This document shows, piece by piece, positions 56,352 through 64,000 of a DNA stretch of 64,000 nt. Numbering within the stretch: the stretch's first letter is position 1; every line of letters begins with the position of its first letter. Position numbers and translations under genes: made by a program. This stretch comes from Steroidobacteraceae bacterium. Lineage in GTDB: Bacteria > Pseudomonadota > Gammaproteobacteria > Steroidobacterales > Steroidobacteraceae. The notes under the pieces were generated by a model. The model saw only the letters and a program-made list of their open reading frames with translations, ran no database searches and was not told where the DNA came from. Location of the stretch: contig DATENH010000055.1 of NCBI GenBank assembly GCA_035275145.1, positions 3,552-67,551 of the forward strand. Direction: 5' to 3'.

Positions 56352-57152
56352 ATGTATCTGCGGTATTCGATCTGCGCTCTGGTTGTGTGTGCGGGGCTTC
56401 AGGGCTGCGCAACGCTGCCGAATGGCCACCTGTGGGGCGCGGACGCGACGCTGCGGCCGGGCTGGAGTCGCGTGCGAGAAGCTGCCGTCGACGCCGCGCG
56501 GGATCCGTGGGTCTGGGCGCCCGCCGCCGGCGCCGCTTTGTTTCAGATCGATGACTGGGATCGGCGCACATCGGATTGGGCGCGCACGAACACGCCTGTG
56601 TTCGGCTCGCAGCGCAGCGCTGAAAACTGGAGCGACGATCTGCGCGATGCATCCTCGATCGCGCACTACCTCACCATCGCGGCCACTCCGGGCGGAGACG
56701 ATGCTGGCGACTGGATCCTTGCGAAGGGCAAGGCCACGCTCACGCAACTAGCCGCCGTCGCCGTGACGGGCGGCATGACGAAAGCACTGAAGTCCGCTGC
56801 GGATCGCGAGCGGCCCAACGGCAGCGACGAGGAAAGCTTCCCGTCGGGTCACGCCTCCAACTCGGCGGTGCATACCAGGCTCGCGTCCGAGAACCTGCGC
56901 TCGATGGAGCTCAGCTCCGGCGTGCAGCGCTCGCTCGATGTCGGTCTGGACGCGCTGACCGTTGCCACCGCTTGGGCGCGCGTCGAGGCGGGAGCACACT
57001 TCCCATCCGACACGCTGGTCGGCATGGCCCTCGGCAACTTCGTGGGTTCGTTCGTCAATCGCGCGTTCCTCGGCCTGGATGACTCGACCGCGGCTGTCGC
57101 ACTGGCCTCGACCGAGCAGGGCATGGTCCTGCGCTGGGAGTGCCGGTTCTGA
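56352..57152 (+). CDS. PAP2-family phosphatase lipoprotein
   Basis: ATG at 56352. Lipobox 'GLQGC'. Complete motifs 'KSAADRERP', 'PSGH' and 'RVEAGAHFPSD'. Confidence 0.8.
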   Translation: MYLRYSICALVVCAGLQGCATLPNGHLWGADATLRPGWSRVREAAVDAARDPWVWAPAAGAALFQIDDWDRRTSDWARTNTPVFGSQRSAENWSDDLRDASSIAHYLTIAATPGGDDAGDWILAKGKATLTQLAAVAVTGGMTKALKSAADRERPNGSDEESFPSGHASNSAVHTRLASENLRSMELSSGVQRSLDVGLDALTVATAWARVEAGAHFPSDTLVGMALGNFVGSFVNRAFLGLDDSTAAVALASTEQGMVLRWECRF

Positions 57153-57251
57153 GGTAGAGTGCGTCCAGCACCGTGTGCGCCTGCCACAGTGTGATGCGAT
57201 TGGTTTCTCTCGATCGCCCGTCTAACGAAAAATAACCGCCGCGGGTTCTCG

Positions 57252-57974
57252 ATGCACTATCTGAAACTGCGACGCAGTCGAACAATACTGACCTCTTTCT
57301 CCGCTGCAGCTCTGCTGTTCATGGTGTTTCCCGGGATCGATCTCTTCATCTCCCGGCTGTTCTTCAACCAAGGGTTTTACCTGAGTCGGCAATGGTGGAC
57401 GATGCTCATGCACGAGAGCATGGGCTACTTTCTCGGCTTGTCCCTGGCATCGGTGGTCGCGCTCTGCATCTGGAACAAGATGACGAAGCGCAACGTGTGC
57501 GGAGTCGATGCCAAGCGGGTCGTATATCTGTTTCTGGTGCTGGTCCTCGGTGCCGGCGTGATTGTGAATATGGCGCTCAAGGACAACTTCGGGCGCGCCC
57601 GGCCGCGGGACGTCGTGGAGTTCGGCGGGCTCAAGCACTACACGCCGCCCTTCGTCATCAGCGGCGAATGCGGGAAGAACTGCTCTTTCGCATCGGGCGA
57701 AGCGGCCGGCGGCTTCTTCGGCCTCGCCCTGGCGATGGCGCTGAGCAGACGCCGCGCGCTGCTGGCGGCAGGCGCCGGCATTGGCGCCTTGGTATCGTTC
57801 TGCCGCATTGCCAGCGGCGCGCACTTCTTTTCGGATACAGTCGTCTCCTTCTTCGTGATGCTGATCGTGGCGGACGTGCTGTACTACTACCTGGTCCTGG
57901 GCGAGTTCGAACGAGCGGCGCGAGTCCGACTGGAGGCCGAAGGACTGCCGGCACTGCCCGTCCGCGAGTCCTGA
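57252..57974 (+). CDS. PAP2-family membrane phosphatase (variant C2 motif)
   Basis: 'KDNFGRARP' and 'RIASGAHFFSD', but the middle motif reads 'SFASGE', not PSGH. 1-nt gap to eptA. Confidence 0.8.
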   Translation: MHYLKLRRSRTILTSFSAAALLFMVFPGIDLFISRLFFNQGFYLSRQWWTMLMHESMGYFLGLSLASVVALCIWNKMTKRNVCGVDAKRVVYLFLVLVLGAGVIVNMALKDNFGRARPRDVVEFGGLKHYTPPFVISGECGKNCSFASGEAAGGFFGLALAMALSRRRALLAAGAGIGALVSFCRIASGAHFFSDTVVSFFVMLIVADVLYYYLVLGEFERAARVRLEAEGLPALPVRES

Positions 57975-57975
57975 C

Positions 57976-59523
57976 TTGAGATTCCAGACCTCGCACCTGC
58001 GGTTTGCGCTCGGCTTCTCGGTCCTGCTGTTTGCCGTCTGCAATACGATCAATATCGACAAACTGGCGAAGTGGTTTCGTCAGGGCGACGGTCTCGATTC
58101 CCTGGCGCTGGCTGCTTACCTGGTCGCCGGACTGTGCCTGTTCACGGTGTTCTTCACCCTCGTGGCACATCGCTGGACGATCAAGCCGTTCGCGATCCTG
58201 CTGACGATCGCCAGCGTCGCCGGGACCTACTTCATCGCGAAATACGGCGTCGCCATCGACACCTCGATGGTCCAGAACACCGTGCACACGGATGTCACCG
58301 AAGTCGGACAACTGTTGTCGTGGCAGATGATTCCGTACGTGCTGTTTCTGATAGTCGTGCCGGTACTCATCATCCTGTCGGCGGACATCACGTTTCGGGC
58401 ACAGGGCAAGTATCTGCTCGGTTCGCTGAAGTTGATCTCGATCGCCTTTGGCATCGCCCTGGCATGTCTGTACCTGCAGTACAGCGCGATTCTTCGAGCC
58501 GGCAACGTCTCGAACAAATACATCGTTTATTCGCTGGTGCCGATCAACCTCATCTCGAGCTCGATCAATGCGACCTCCAAGGCAATCAAGCCGTACTTCA
58601 AGCGCAGCGAGAAGGATGTGGCGATCGCCGCGAGCGTTACGTCGCCGGACAATCTCGTGGTGGTCCTCGCGGTGGGCGAGTCTTCGCGCAGAAAGAACTT
58701 CAGTCTCTACGGTTACGAGCGGCGCAAGACCAACCCGGTGCTGGAGAACATCACCGGCCTGCATCTGCTCGACGCAATCGCGACGCGAGGCTCGACGTTG
58801 TATGCGCTGCCGAAGATCCTGGAGAAGAGCGACATCAAGCTGACGACGATCGTTTCGAAGGTGGGCATACCGACCGCGTGCTACGTGAACTACACGCTGT
58901 ATGACAACTGCGCGGCCGTCGGCGAAACGAAAGTCAGCGACTGCGGGCACGGCGGCAAGTGCTACGACGAAGACGTCATCCCGCTGCTGAAGGAAAGTCT
59001 CGGCAGCTACTCATCCGGCTACCGCTTCGTCGTCCTGCACCTCGGCGGCGGCAGTCACGGACCGATCTACAGCGACCGCTATCCGCCGGAGTTTCAGCAG
59101 TTCGCGCCGATGTGCACCGACGCCGACGTCGCGAACAAATGCTCGATCGAGCAGCTCTACAACTCTTACGACAACACGATTCTCTACGTCGACCATGTCG
59201 TGGGGCAGGCCATTCAGACGCTCGAACGCTCCGGCGTTCCGTATGTGTTCATGTATCTGTCCGATCACGGCGAATCGCTGCTGGAAAACGGCCTGATGTT
59301 CCACGGCATGCCGCCGGGTATGTCGCTGCCGGCCGAGCAGGCCGAAGTGCCGTTGATCGTGAAGTCGTCGATACCGATCTCGATCGTGAAGCGCTCGGAG
59401 TATCAGCAGTCGGATGTGTTCGACACGGTGCTGGATCTGTTCACGATCCAGTCGGCGCAGTTCGACAAGGCCGGCAGCTTCCTCAAGAAGAGTCCCGAAG
59501 CGGCGTTGGCCGGCGGATCCTAG
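57976..59523 (+). CDS. eptA: lipid A phosphoethanolamine transferase (EptA/MCR family)
   Basis: TTG start. 5 N-terminal TM helices. 'VGESSR', 'GSTLYALP', 'GGSHGPIYSDRYPPEFQQFAPMC' and 'MYLSDHGESLLENGLMFHGMP'. Confidence 0.88.
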   Translation: MRFQTSHLRFALGFSVLLFAVCNTINIDKLAKWFRQGDGLDSLALAAYLVAGLCLFTVFFTLVAHRWTIKPFAILLTIASVAGTYFIAKYGVAIDTSMVQNTVHTDVTEVGQLLSWQMIPYVLFLIVVPVLIILSADITFRAQGKYLLGSLKLISIAFGIALACLYLQYSAILRAGNVSNKYIVYSLVPINLISSSINATSKAIKPYFKRSEKDVAIAASVTSPDNLVVVLAVGESSRRKNFSLYGYERRKTNPVLENITGLHLLDAIATRGSTLYALPKILEKSDIKLTTIVSKVGIPTACYVNYTLYDNCAAVGETKVSDCGHGGKCYDEDVIPLLKESLGSYSSGYRFVVLHLGGGSHGPIYSDRYPPEFQQFAPMCTDADVANKCSIEQLYNSYDNTILYVDHVVGQAIQTLERSGVPYVFMYLSDHGESLLENGLMFHGMPPGMSLPAEQAEVPLIVKSSIPISIVKRSEYQQSDVFDTVLDLFTIQSAQFDKAGSFLKKSPEAALAGGS

Positions 59524-60071
59524 TGGCGATGATGCTGATGCGCATCCTGTGTCGAAGGATGCTCATAGCCACGCAGCTCCATGTATCGTGCGGTCTGGTC
59601 CGCGTCGAGCAGTGCAGTCTGCGCGAGATGCGCTTCCAGATGAGCCTGCCGCAATGACGACTGCAGCTCGCCGATGTGTCTCAGCGATGCCTGGAGCGAC
59701 CGATCATCGACCCGCTTCGATGCGAACAAGGTATCGAGTTGCGCCTCGGCGTCGATGAGCTCCGCGCCGATCGTCTTCGCCTTCGAACGCATCGACGCTT
59801 CGATCGCGCGCGTTCGTGCCAGCTGCTCCGGTGTAAGGTGGAGCTGATCCGCAAGCGCAAGGACGTGGGCCGGACCGGGGTAGCCGTTGAGCTCGGCTGC
59901 CTTCGCAAAGCCCATTCCCTGGCCAGTTCGCAGCGCCTCGACATCGTCGCTCGACAGCGCCTTGATATTGCGTGCTTCCTGCCCGACGTACGGAGAGGCA
60001 GTCGGTTCACCCGCCCCGGCGACGGTCGTTGCAATCAAGGCCGCAGCAGAGACGAGCATTCGCGCTGACAT
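59520..60071 (-). CDS. LTXXQ-motif periplasmic protein (CpxP/Spy/ZraP family) with His-rich tail
   Basis: Signal peptide, 'LTPEQ', and a C-terminal 'HPSTQDAHQHHRH'. Confidence 0.7.
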   Translation of the reverse strand: MSARMLVSAAALIATTVAGAGEPTASPYVGQEARNIKALSSDDVEALRTGQGMGFAKAAELNGYPGPAHVLALADQLHLTPEQLARTRAIEASMRSKAKTIGAELIDAEAQLDTLFASKRVDDRSLQASLRHIGELQSSLRQAHLEAHLAQTALLDADQTARYMELRGYEHPSTQDAHQHHRH

Positions 60072-60083
60072 GATGCGTAACCT

Positions 60084-60356
60084 CTATCGGAGTCGTCGCC
60101 GCCGGGTTCGCACGCGCCGCACCTGGCCCGCAGCCGACAACTGCAAGTGGGCAGCTTCGCGAGCTGCTGCCGCCGAATCGTAGCCATCCATTCGCTCGAA
60201 CAGATCGCCGATCGGCTGCTGCTCGTACGTCGACAGCTCGTAGCCGAATCCCTCCAGCTCCTTGAAAATGCGCACGTACGCGCGTTCGGCGTTCAGGAGA
60301 TCCAGCAGGGTTCGCATATATATATGTATGGGCAAGGCGCGAGCATCAGGCGACAT
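60084..60356 (-). CDS. hypothetical small protein
   Basis: Good GC3. No SD at either candidate ATG (60356 or 60317). An (AT)5 run at 60316-60325 sits at or next to the second ATG. Confidence 0.4.
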   Translation of the reverse strand: MSPDARALPIHIYMRTLLDLLNAERAYVRIFKELEGFGYELSTYEQQPIGDLFERMDGYDSAAAAREAAHLQLSAAGQVRRVRTRRRRLR

Positions 60357-60395
60357 AATCTTGCAAGCTGCGCCGCCGGCGCGATGTGATCTGCG

Positions 60396-62342
60396 TCACA
60401 TGCGCTGCGCGTCGGCCAATCGGCCCTTCCGGTGTTCTTCCGGCGTGGCATCGCCGCCATTCATCCCCGGTAGTTCCACATGCATCGTGACACCGCCGCC
60501 CTCGTTGAGCGTCGCCCAGATCAGTCCGCCGTGCGCCTGGATGATCGAGCGGCTGATCGCCAGTCCCATTCCCAAGCCGTGCGGCTTGGTGGTCACGAAG
60601 TGCTCGAACATCTTGCCGAGCTGCGCTTCCGTCACGCCGATACCGGTATCGCGAATCAGGATCTCAACCTGGCCGGCCGCAACCCGGCTCTCGACGTGAA
60701 TTTCGCGCACTGTGCCGCCGCCGTCAATCGCTTCCGCGGCGTTGATGAGCAGGTTGATCAGGACTTGCTGCAACTGTACCGCGTCGCCGAGCACCAGCGC
60801 CGGTTTGGCGCTGCGGACGAACTGCACCCGAATCTGTCGCTGCCGCATCTCGCTCTCGAGCAGCCGCAACATCTCCTCGATCGCCGTGTTGACGTCGACT
60901 CGTACGCGCTCGGGAGACTCTTTGCGAAACAATGCGCGCAGCCGGCGCAGCGTCTGCGCTCCGCGGTTTGCGTCGGCGATCACATCGTCGAGCGCCTCAC
61001 CTGCGGCTGGCGCGGCGCCGCGCGCGGCGAGAATTTCCTTCGCAGCCTCCGCATTCAGGATGATTGCCATGAGCGGCTGACCGAGCTCATGCGCAAACGA
61101 TGCGCTCATCTCGCCGAGCGTGGTGACTCGCAGTGCGTGAGCGAGCTCGTCACGCTGCCTGCGAACTTCGTCTTCCGCTCGCTGCCGACGTTCCTCGCTT
61201 TGCATGCGTAAAGCCTCGGCGCGCTGTCGCTGCGCGCGACTCACGAACAGGCCGACGACCAGCAAGGTCTGAACCAGGAACAGGCCGACGCCAGCGAGGA
61301 TGTACCACTTGTACTGGTGCCAGATCGAGAACGGTCGATAGCGGACCTCGCTGGCCGCTGGCAGGCGCGCCTCGTCGATGCGCCAGCGATCCAGTTGACG
61401 CCAGTCGAATAGATTTCGATAAGCGCTGGCGCTCACCACGGGGATGTCGGAGGGAGCCTCGCCGCGCAGGATGCGCACGCCGATTTCTCCGGTTTGACGT
61501 CCCAGGTCGGCCACGCTGTAAACATGTCCGCCGACAGCTCCCAGCCCGACGTACTGGTCGAGGGCTACGTAAACGGGTGCGTTTGCGGACTGAGCGAGCA
61601 CGCCTAACGCCTGGTGCGGAACGAAGGCGTCGCCCGCGCCATCCGTGAAGAGCGTCAGGTAGTAGATGAGGCTGTGAGGGGGCAGGGTGGAGACCTTGCT
61701 CTGGAGCTGCGGCATCGACAGATCGATCAGCCAAGCGGTGCTCACCCGGTGCTCGAAGCTCTGCAGCTCGCGACGTGCAACGGCCTGGATCTGCCGGTCG
61801 AAGCGCGAAGTGCCGCCGATCACGAAAACGTTGCGCGTATCGGGCTGCAGCCGCAGCGCCAACTCGAGCGTCGGCGCGAACGTTCGTTTCACCACGACCC
61901 CGGTAACGTTCGCGGGCAGCGTTCGTTCTGCGACTTCGACGGGATTCGCGCCGCAAAAGACGATCGGCACGCCGGGGAACAGCGCAGAGTCGTGCGGCAA
62001 CAGAAAATTGAGGGCCGGCTCCATGACCGCAACGATCAGTCTGAGCTGGCGGTCGTGGTACTTGCGGCTGAGATGCTCGCGCAGCACGGCTTCGTAATCG
62101 GGGGCATCGAAGCGCGAGAGATTCAGCGACTCCGTGTAGAACTCGACCGGCTCCGGCGATCCGGCCCGCAGCACTTGCTGCAGGTTGTGGTTGATGATTG
62201 CGAGACCCGGCAGCTCCTTGTCCTCGTCGAAGACGATGAGCACCTGGGGACCGGAGTGCGCCCGCAGCGAGGCGCACATGGCGAGCGCGGCAACGAGCAC
62301 GCACACGAGCTGTCGAAGGACGATGTCTCTGCGTCCGTTCAC
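60396..62342 (-). CDS. sensor histidine kinase with periplasmic ABC-substrate-binding-like domain
   Basis: Signal/TM, a roughly 300-aa periplasmic domain, a second TM, H-box 'SFAHELGQPL', N-box 'LINLLINAAEA', G-boxes 'DTGIG' and 'GLGMGL'. Confidence 0.88.
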   Translation of the reverse strand: MNGRRDIVLRQLVCVLVAALAMCASLRAHSGPQVLIVFDEDKELPGLAIINHNLQQVLRAGSPEPVEFYTESLNLSRFDAPDYEAVLREHLSRKYHDRQLRLIVAVMEPALNFLLPHDSALFPGVPIVFCGANPVEVAERTLPANVTGVVVKRTFAPTLELALRLQPDTRNVFVIGGTSRFDRQIQAVARRELQSFEHRVSTAWLIDLSMPQLQSKVSTLPPHSLIYYLTLFTDGAGDAFVPHQALGVLAQSANAPVYVALDQYVGLGAVGGHVYSVADLGRQTGEIGVRILRGEAPSDIPVVSASAYRNLFDWRQLDRWRIDEARLPAASEVRYRPFSIWHQYKWYILAGVGLFLVQTLLVVGLFVSRAQRQRAEALRMQSEERRQRAEDEVRRQRDELAHALRVTTLGEMSASFAHELGQPLMAIILNAEAAKEILAARGAAPAAGEALDDVIADANRGAQTLRRLRALFRKESPERVRVDVNTAIEEMLRLLESEMRQRQIRVQFVRSAKPALVLGDAVQLQQVLINLLINAAEAIDGGGTVREIHVESRVAAGQVEILIRDTGIGVTEAQLGKMFEHFVTTKPHGLGMGLAISRSIIQAHGGLIWATLNEGGGVTMHVELPGMNGGDATPEEHRKGRLADAQRM

Positions 62343-62439
62343 GGCGGGCCGATGATAGAGCGAACTCGGGCGTCACGCAGCCATTGTCGGCTTTACGCGC
62401 CGGGGGCAAGATGGCTGCCGGCCGGAAGGTGAAGGAACC

Positions 62440-63075
62440 ATGCCCAACATTCCCGACGACCTCTATACCGAACCCGAGTCTTCGCCCGATACGCTGGCCA
62501 ATCTGGGCCCGCTGCGTCGCCTGGCCGGCGTGTGGGAGTCCGATCAGGGTGTCGACATCAATCCGAAGGCCGACGGGCCGCAACGACGCGTGTACCGCGA
62601 GCAAGTGCGCATGGATCCGATCGACGCGCAGGCCAACGGCCCGCAGCTCCTGTACGGGTTGCGCTACCACATTCACATCAACACGCCGGAGGAGGCGATC
62701 ACTTTCCACGACCAGGTCGGTTACTGGCTGTGGGAGCCGGCAACCGGGCTCATCATGCAATCGCTCGCCATTCCTCGCGGACAGGTCGTGCTCGCCGGCG
62801 GGCAGGCGCAGCCGGGCGACGACCGCATCACGGTCGAGGCCCGGCGTGGCGACCCGCGCTTCGGCATCTGCTCGACGACTTTCCTCGACGAAGCGTTTCG
62901 CACCGACTACTACCGCATCGACATCACCTTCAATCGCGACGGAAGCTGGACTTACGTGACGCGCACCGATCTGGCGATTCGCGGCAAGGTCCCGGCGTTC
63001 GATCACCGCGACACGAATACTCTGCGACGGACTGCGGCGCCGACGCCGAATCCGCTCGCGCTCACGGTTCGCTGA
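62440..63075 (+). CDS. nitrobindin/THAP4-like haem-binding beta-barrel protein
   Basis: 'LGPLRRLAGVWESDQG' and 'LLYGLRYHIHI'. Family recalled from memory. Confidence 0.7.
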   Translation: MPNIPDDLYTEPESSPDTLANLGPLRRLAGVWESDQGVDINPKADGPQRRVYREQVRMDPIDAQANGPQLLYGLRYHIHINTPEEAITFHDQVGYWLWEPATGLIMQSLAIPRGQVVLAGGQAQPGDDRITVEARRGDPRFGICSTTFLDEAFRTDYYRIDITFNRDGSWTYVTRTDLAIRGKVPAFDHRDTNTLRRTAAPTPNPLALTVR

Positions 63076-63844
63076 GCTTCATCGCGGGGTCGAAGTCGCT
63101 GCCGGCGATATCCTTGAACACGAGGAGCTGCGCGACCTTCGCGGACGCACCGTCGTAGAAGCCGGCTTCGCTCACGAACTCCTTCGGGTTGCGGAAAGTC
63201 CCGAACAGGATGTCGAACAGCGGCAGGTCGGAATAGTTGAACTGATGAACGCCGCGGCCGTGATGGACGCTGTGGCTCTCGGGCCGCTGCACGATGTAAC
63301 CGAGCCACTGCGGAGTGCGGACGTTGATGTGCTGGAAGACGGCCAGGAACGTCGTGGCATAAAGGGCGTACGTGACGGCCTGCGCGCTGAGTCCCACCGC
63401 CACGGTCAAGCCAAGGGTCGTGAGAAAGGTGAAGCCCACGATGTCGAGCGGGCTGAAGTAGAACGCGCCAAAGCTGTCCAGCCGTTCGGCGCTGTGATGC
63501 ATCTGGTGAAACGAGCGCCAGATCCAGTGCACCCGGTGCATGGTCCGGTGCCAGACATAAACCAGAAACTCGTAGATCAGCACGCCGATGGCTGCGCCGA
63601 CGAGGGGGTTGAGCGCTTCCAGGTTGACGAGCTGGTAGCGGGCCAGTGTCTCGCCCCACAGCAGCGGCAGGTAGGACGACAGGTAGAAATAGAGCACGAA
63701 CACGACCAGCGCCCGTATCCTCCAGCCCTTGACCCGAGGCAGGGCGCGGGCGGGGAACAGTGCTTCCAGCAGGATCAGGGCGGCGTACAGTCCCAGTACG
63801 GTCAAGGAGATCGGATCCAGCAGGATTTGCAGCGGCGTCGGCAT
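63062..63844 (-). CDS. sterol-desaturase/fatty-acid-hydroxylase-superfamily membrane protein
   Basis: His boxes 'WHRTMH', 'HQMHH' and 'HSVHH'. Confidence 0.85.
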   Translation of the reverse strand: MPTPLQILLDPISLTVLGLYAALILLEALFPARALPRVKGWRIRALVVFVLYFYLSSYLPLLWGETLARYQLVNLEALNPLVGAAIGVLIYEFLVYVWHRTMHRVHWIWRSFHQMHHSAERLDSFGAFYFSPLDIVGFTFLTTLGLTVAVGLSAQAVTYALYATTFLAVFQHINVRTPQWLGYIVQRPESHSVHHGRGVHQFNYSDLPLFDILFGTFRNPKEFVSEAGFYDGASAKVAQLLVFKDIAGSDFDPAMKLSEP

Positions 63845-63951
63845 GATGGGCTCCCCGAAGTGGCGTTGTTCGATCGGGGTCCACTTTGGTCGAAGTGCCC
63901 GAAGGGCTGCTTGGTGGCGGCATAATGGTTGAGTAATGATTCGGTAATCGA

Positions 63952-64000
63952 ATGAAATACCAGGTCGCCGAATACCTCATCGACACGGCTCGCTACCGGA
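63952..64000 (+). CDS. partial CDS (5' end): possibly a winged-helix (OmpR/CadC-type) DNA-binding N-terminus
   Basis: 'MKYQVAEYLIDTARYR' fits the Y-x-F-x-x-[FY]-x-[LI]-D pattern of such N-termini. Only 16 codons are in the window. Confidence 0.3.
   Translation, partial: MKYQVAEYLIDTARYR

Noticed and set aside
58650-58700. EptA motif reads 'GESSR' rather than 'GETAR', suggesting a Thr-to-Ser change of the catalytic nucleophile.
   Set aside because: In EptA and MCR the GE(T/S)xR block supplies the metal-binding Glu. The nucleophilic Thr lies about 40 residues downstream. A Thr is present at that position here ('RGSTLYALP'), so no catalytic substitution is supported.
60316-60325. (AT)5 run, striking in this GC-rich context, considered as a promoter -10 or a phase-variable tract.
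   Set aside because: It is too short for a slipped-strand contingency locus. It lies within or at the start of a probable small CDS, and no matching -35 element is evident. I note it only in the feature evidence.
1-64000. Scan for tRNA/rRNA, CRISPR repeats, IS elements, integrases, phage genes, toxin-antitoxin pairs and known defence systems.
   Set aside because: I saw no T-loop-like GGTTCGA(A/G)TCC outside coding frames and no regularly spaced direct repeats. I saw no transposase or recombinase motifs and no recognisable defence-system domains. This was a visual scan only, so absence is not proof.

Overview
This is a densely coding, high-GC window that looks like proteobacterial chromosome. 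GC was judged by eye and not computed. I found no rRNA, tRNA, CRISPR array, transposase or integrase. I call about 70 CDS and several gene remnants.

Layout:
- 0-7.3 kb: cupin, DUF4159, two MFS transporters, an AraC regulator, and two truncated gene remnants (LRAT-like, EamA-like).
- 7.3-9.3 kb: a translationally coupled unit of a zinc-ribbon protein and two tandem Ku paralogs. No ligase gene is in the window.
- 9.6-18.6 kb: a redox and stress patch with a TrxR-like protein, two DUF4142 proteins, a tail-anchored hemerythrin, a di-haem peroxidase-like protein, DUF2269, DoxX, and an FAD/Rieske fusion.
- 18.65-27.06 kb: one tightly overlapped plus-strand unit. It holds a lanthanide-type PQQ alcohol dehydrogenase (XoxF-like), a lipoprotein cytochrome c, a complete caa3-type oxidase (CoxB-c, CoxA, CoxC, a small TM protein, CtaG), a XoxJ-like binding protein and an isochorismatase.
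- 27-38 kb: mostly small or DUF proteins (KTSC, DUF763, two PRC-barrel proteins, DUF3597, lipoproteins), plus HiPIP, a Sel1 protein, DUF3187, a desaturase, a second di-haem protein, and a stand-alone receiver.
- 39-46.2 kb: an Omp85-family barrel translationally coupled to an OMF-MFP-RND efflux system.
- 48.7-59.5 kb: a lipid A remodelling island. It holds arnT-arnE/F-arnB-arnC-arnA(split)-arnD on the minus strand, then two PAP2 phosphatases and an EptA/MCR-family phosphoethanolamine transferase on the plus strand.
- 59.5-64 kb: an LTXXQ (CpxP/ZraP-like) protein, an orphan sensor kinase, a nitrobindin-like protein and a sterol-desaturase-family protein.

The most noteworthy candidates are the xoxF-oxidase-xoxJ super-operon, the Zn-ribbon/Ku/Ku unit and the Omp85-coupled RND system. 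All family assignments come from motif recognition by eye. They need HMM or BLAST confirmation.
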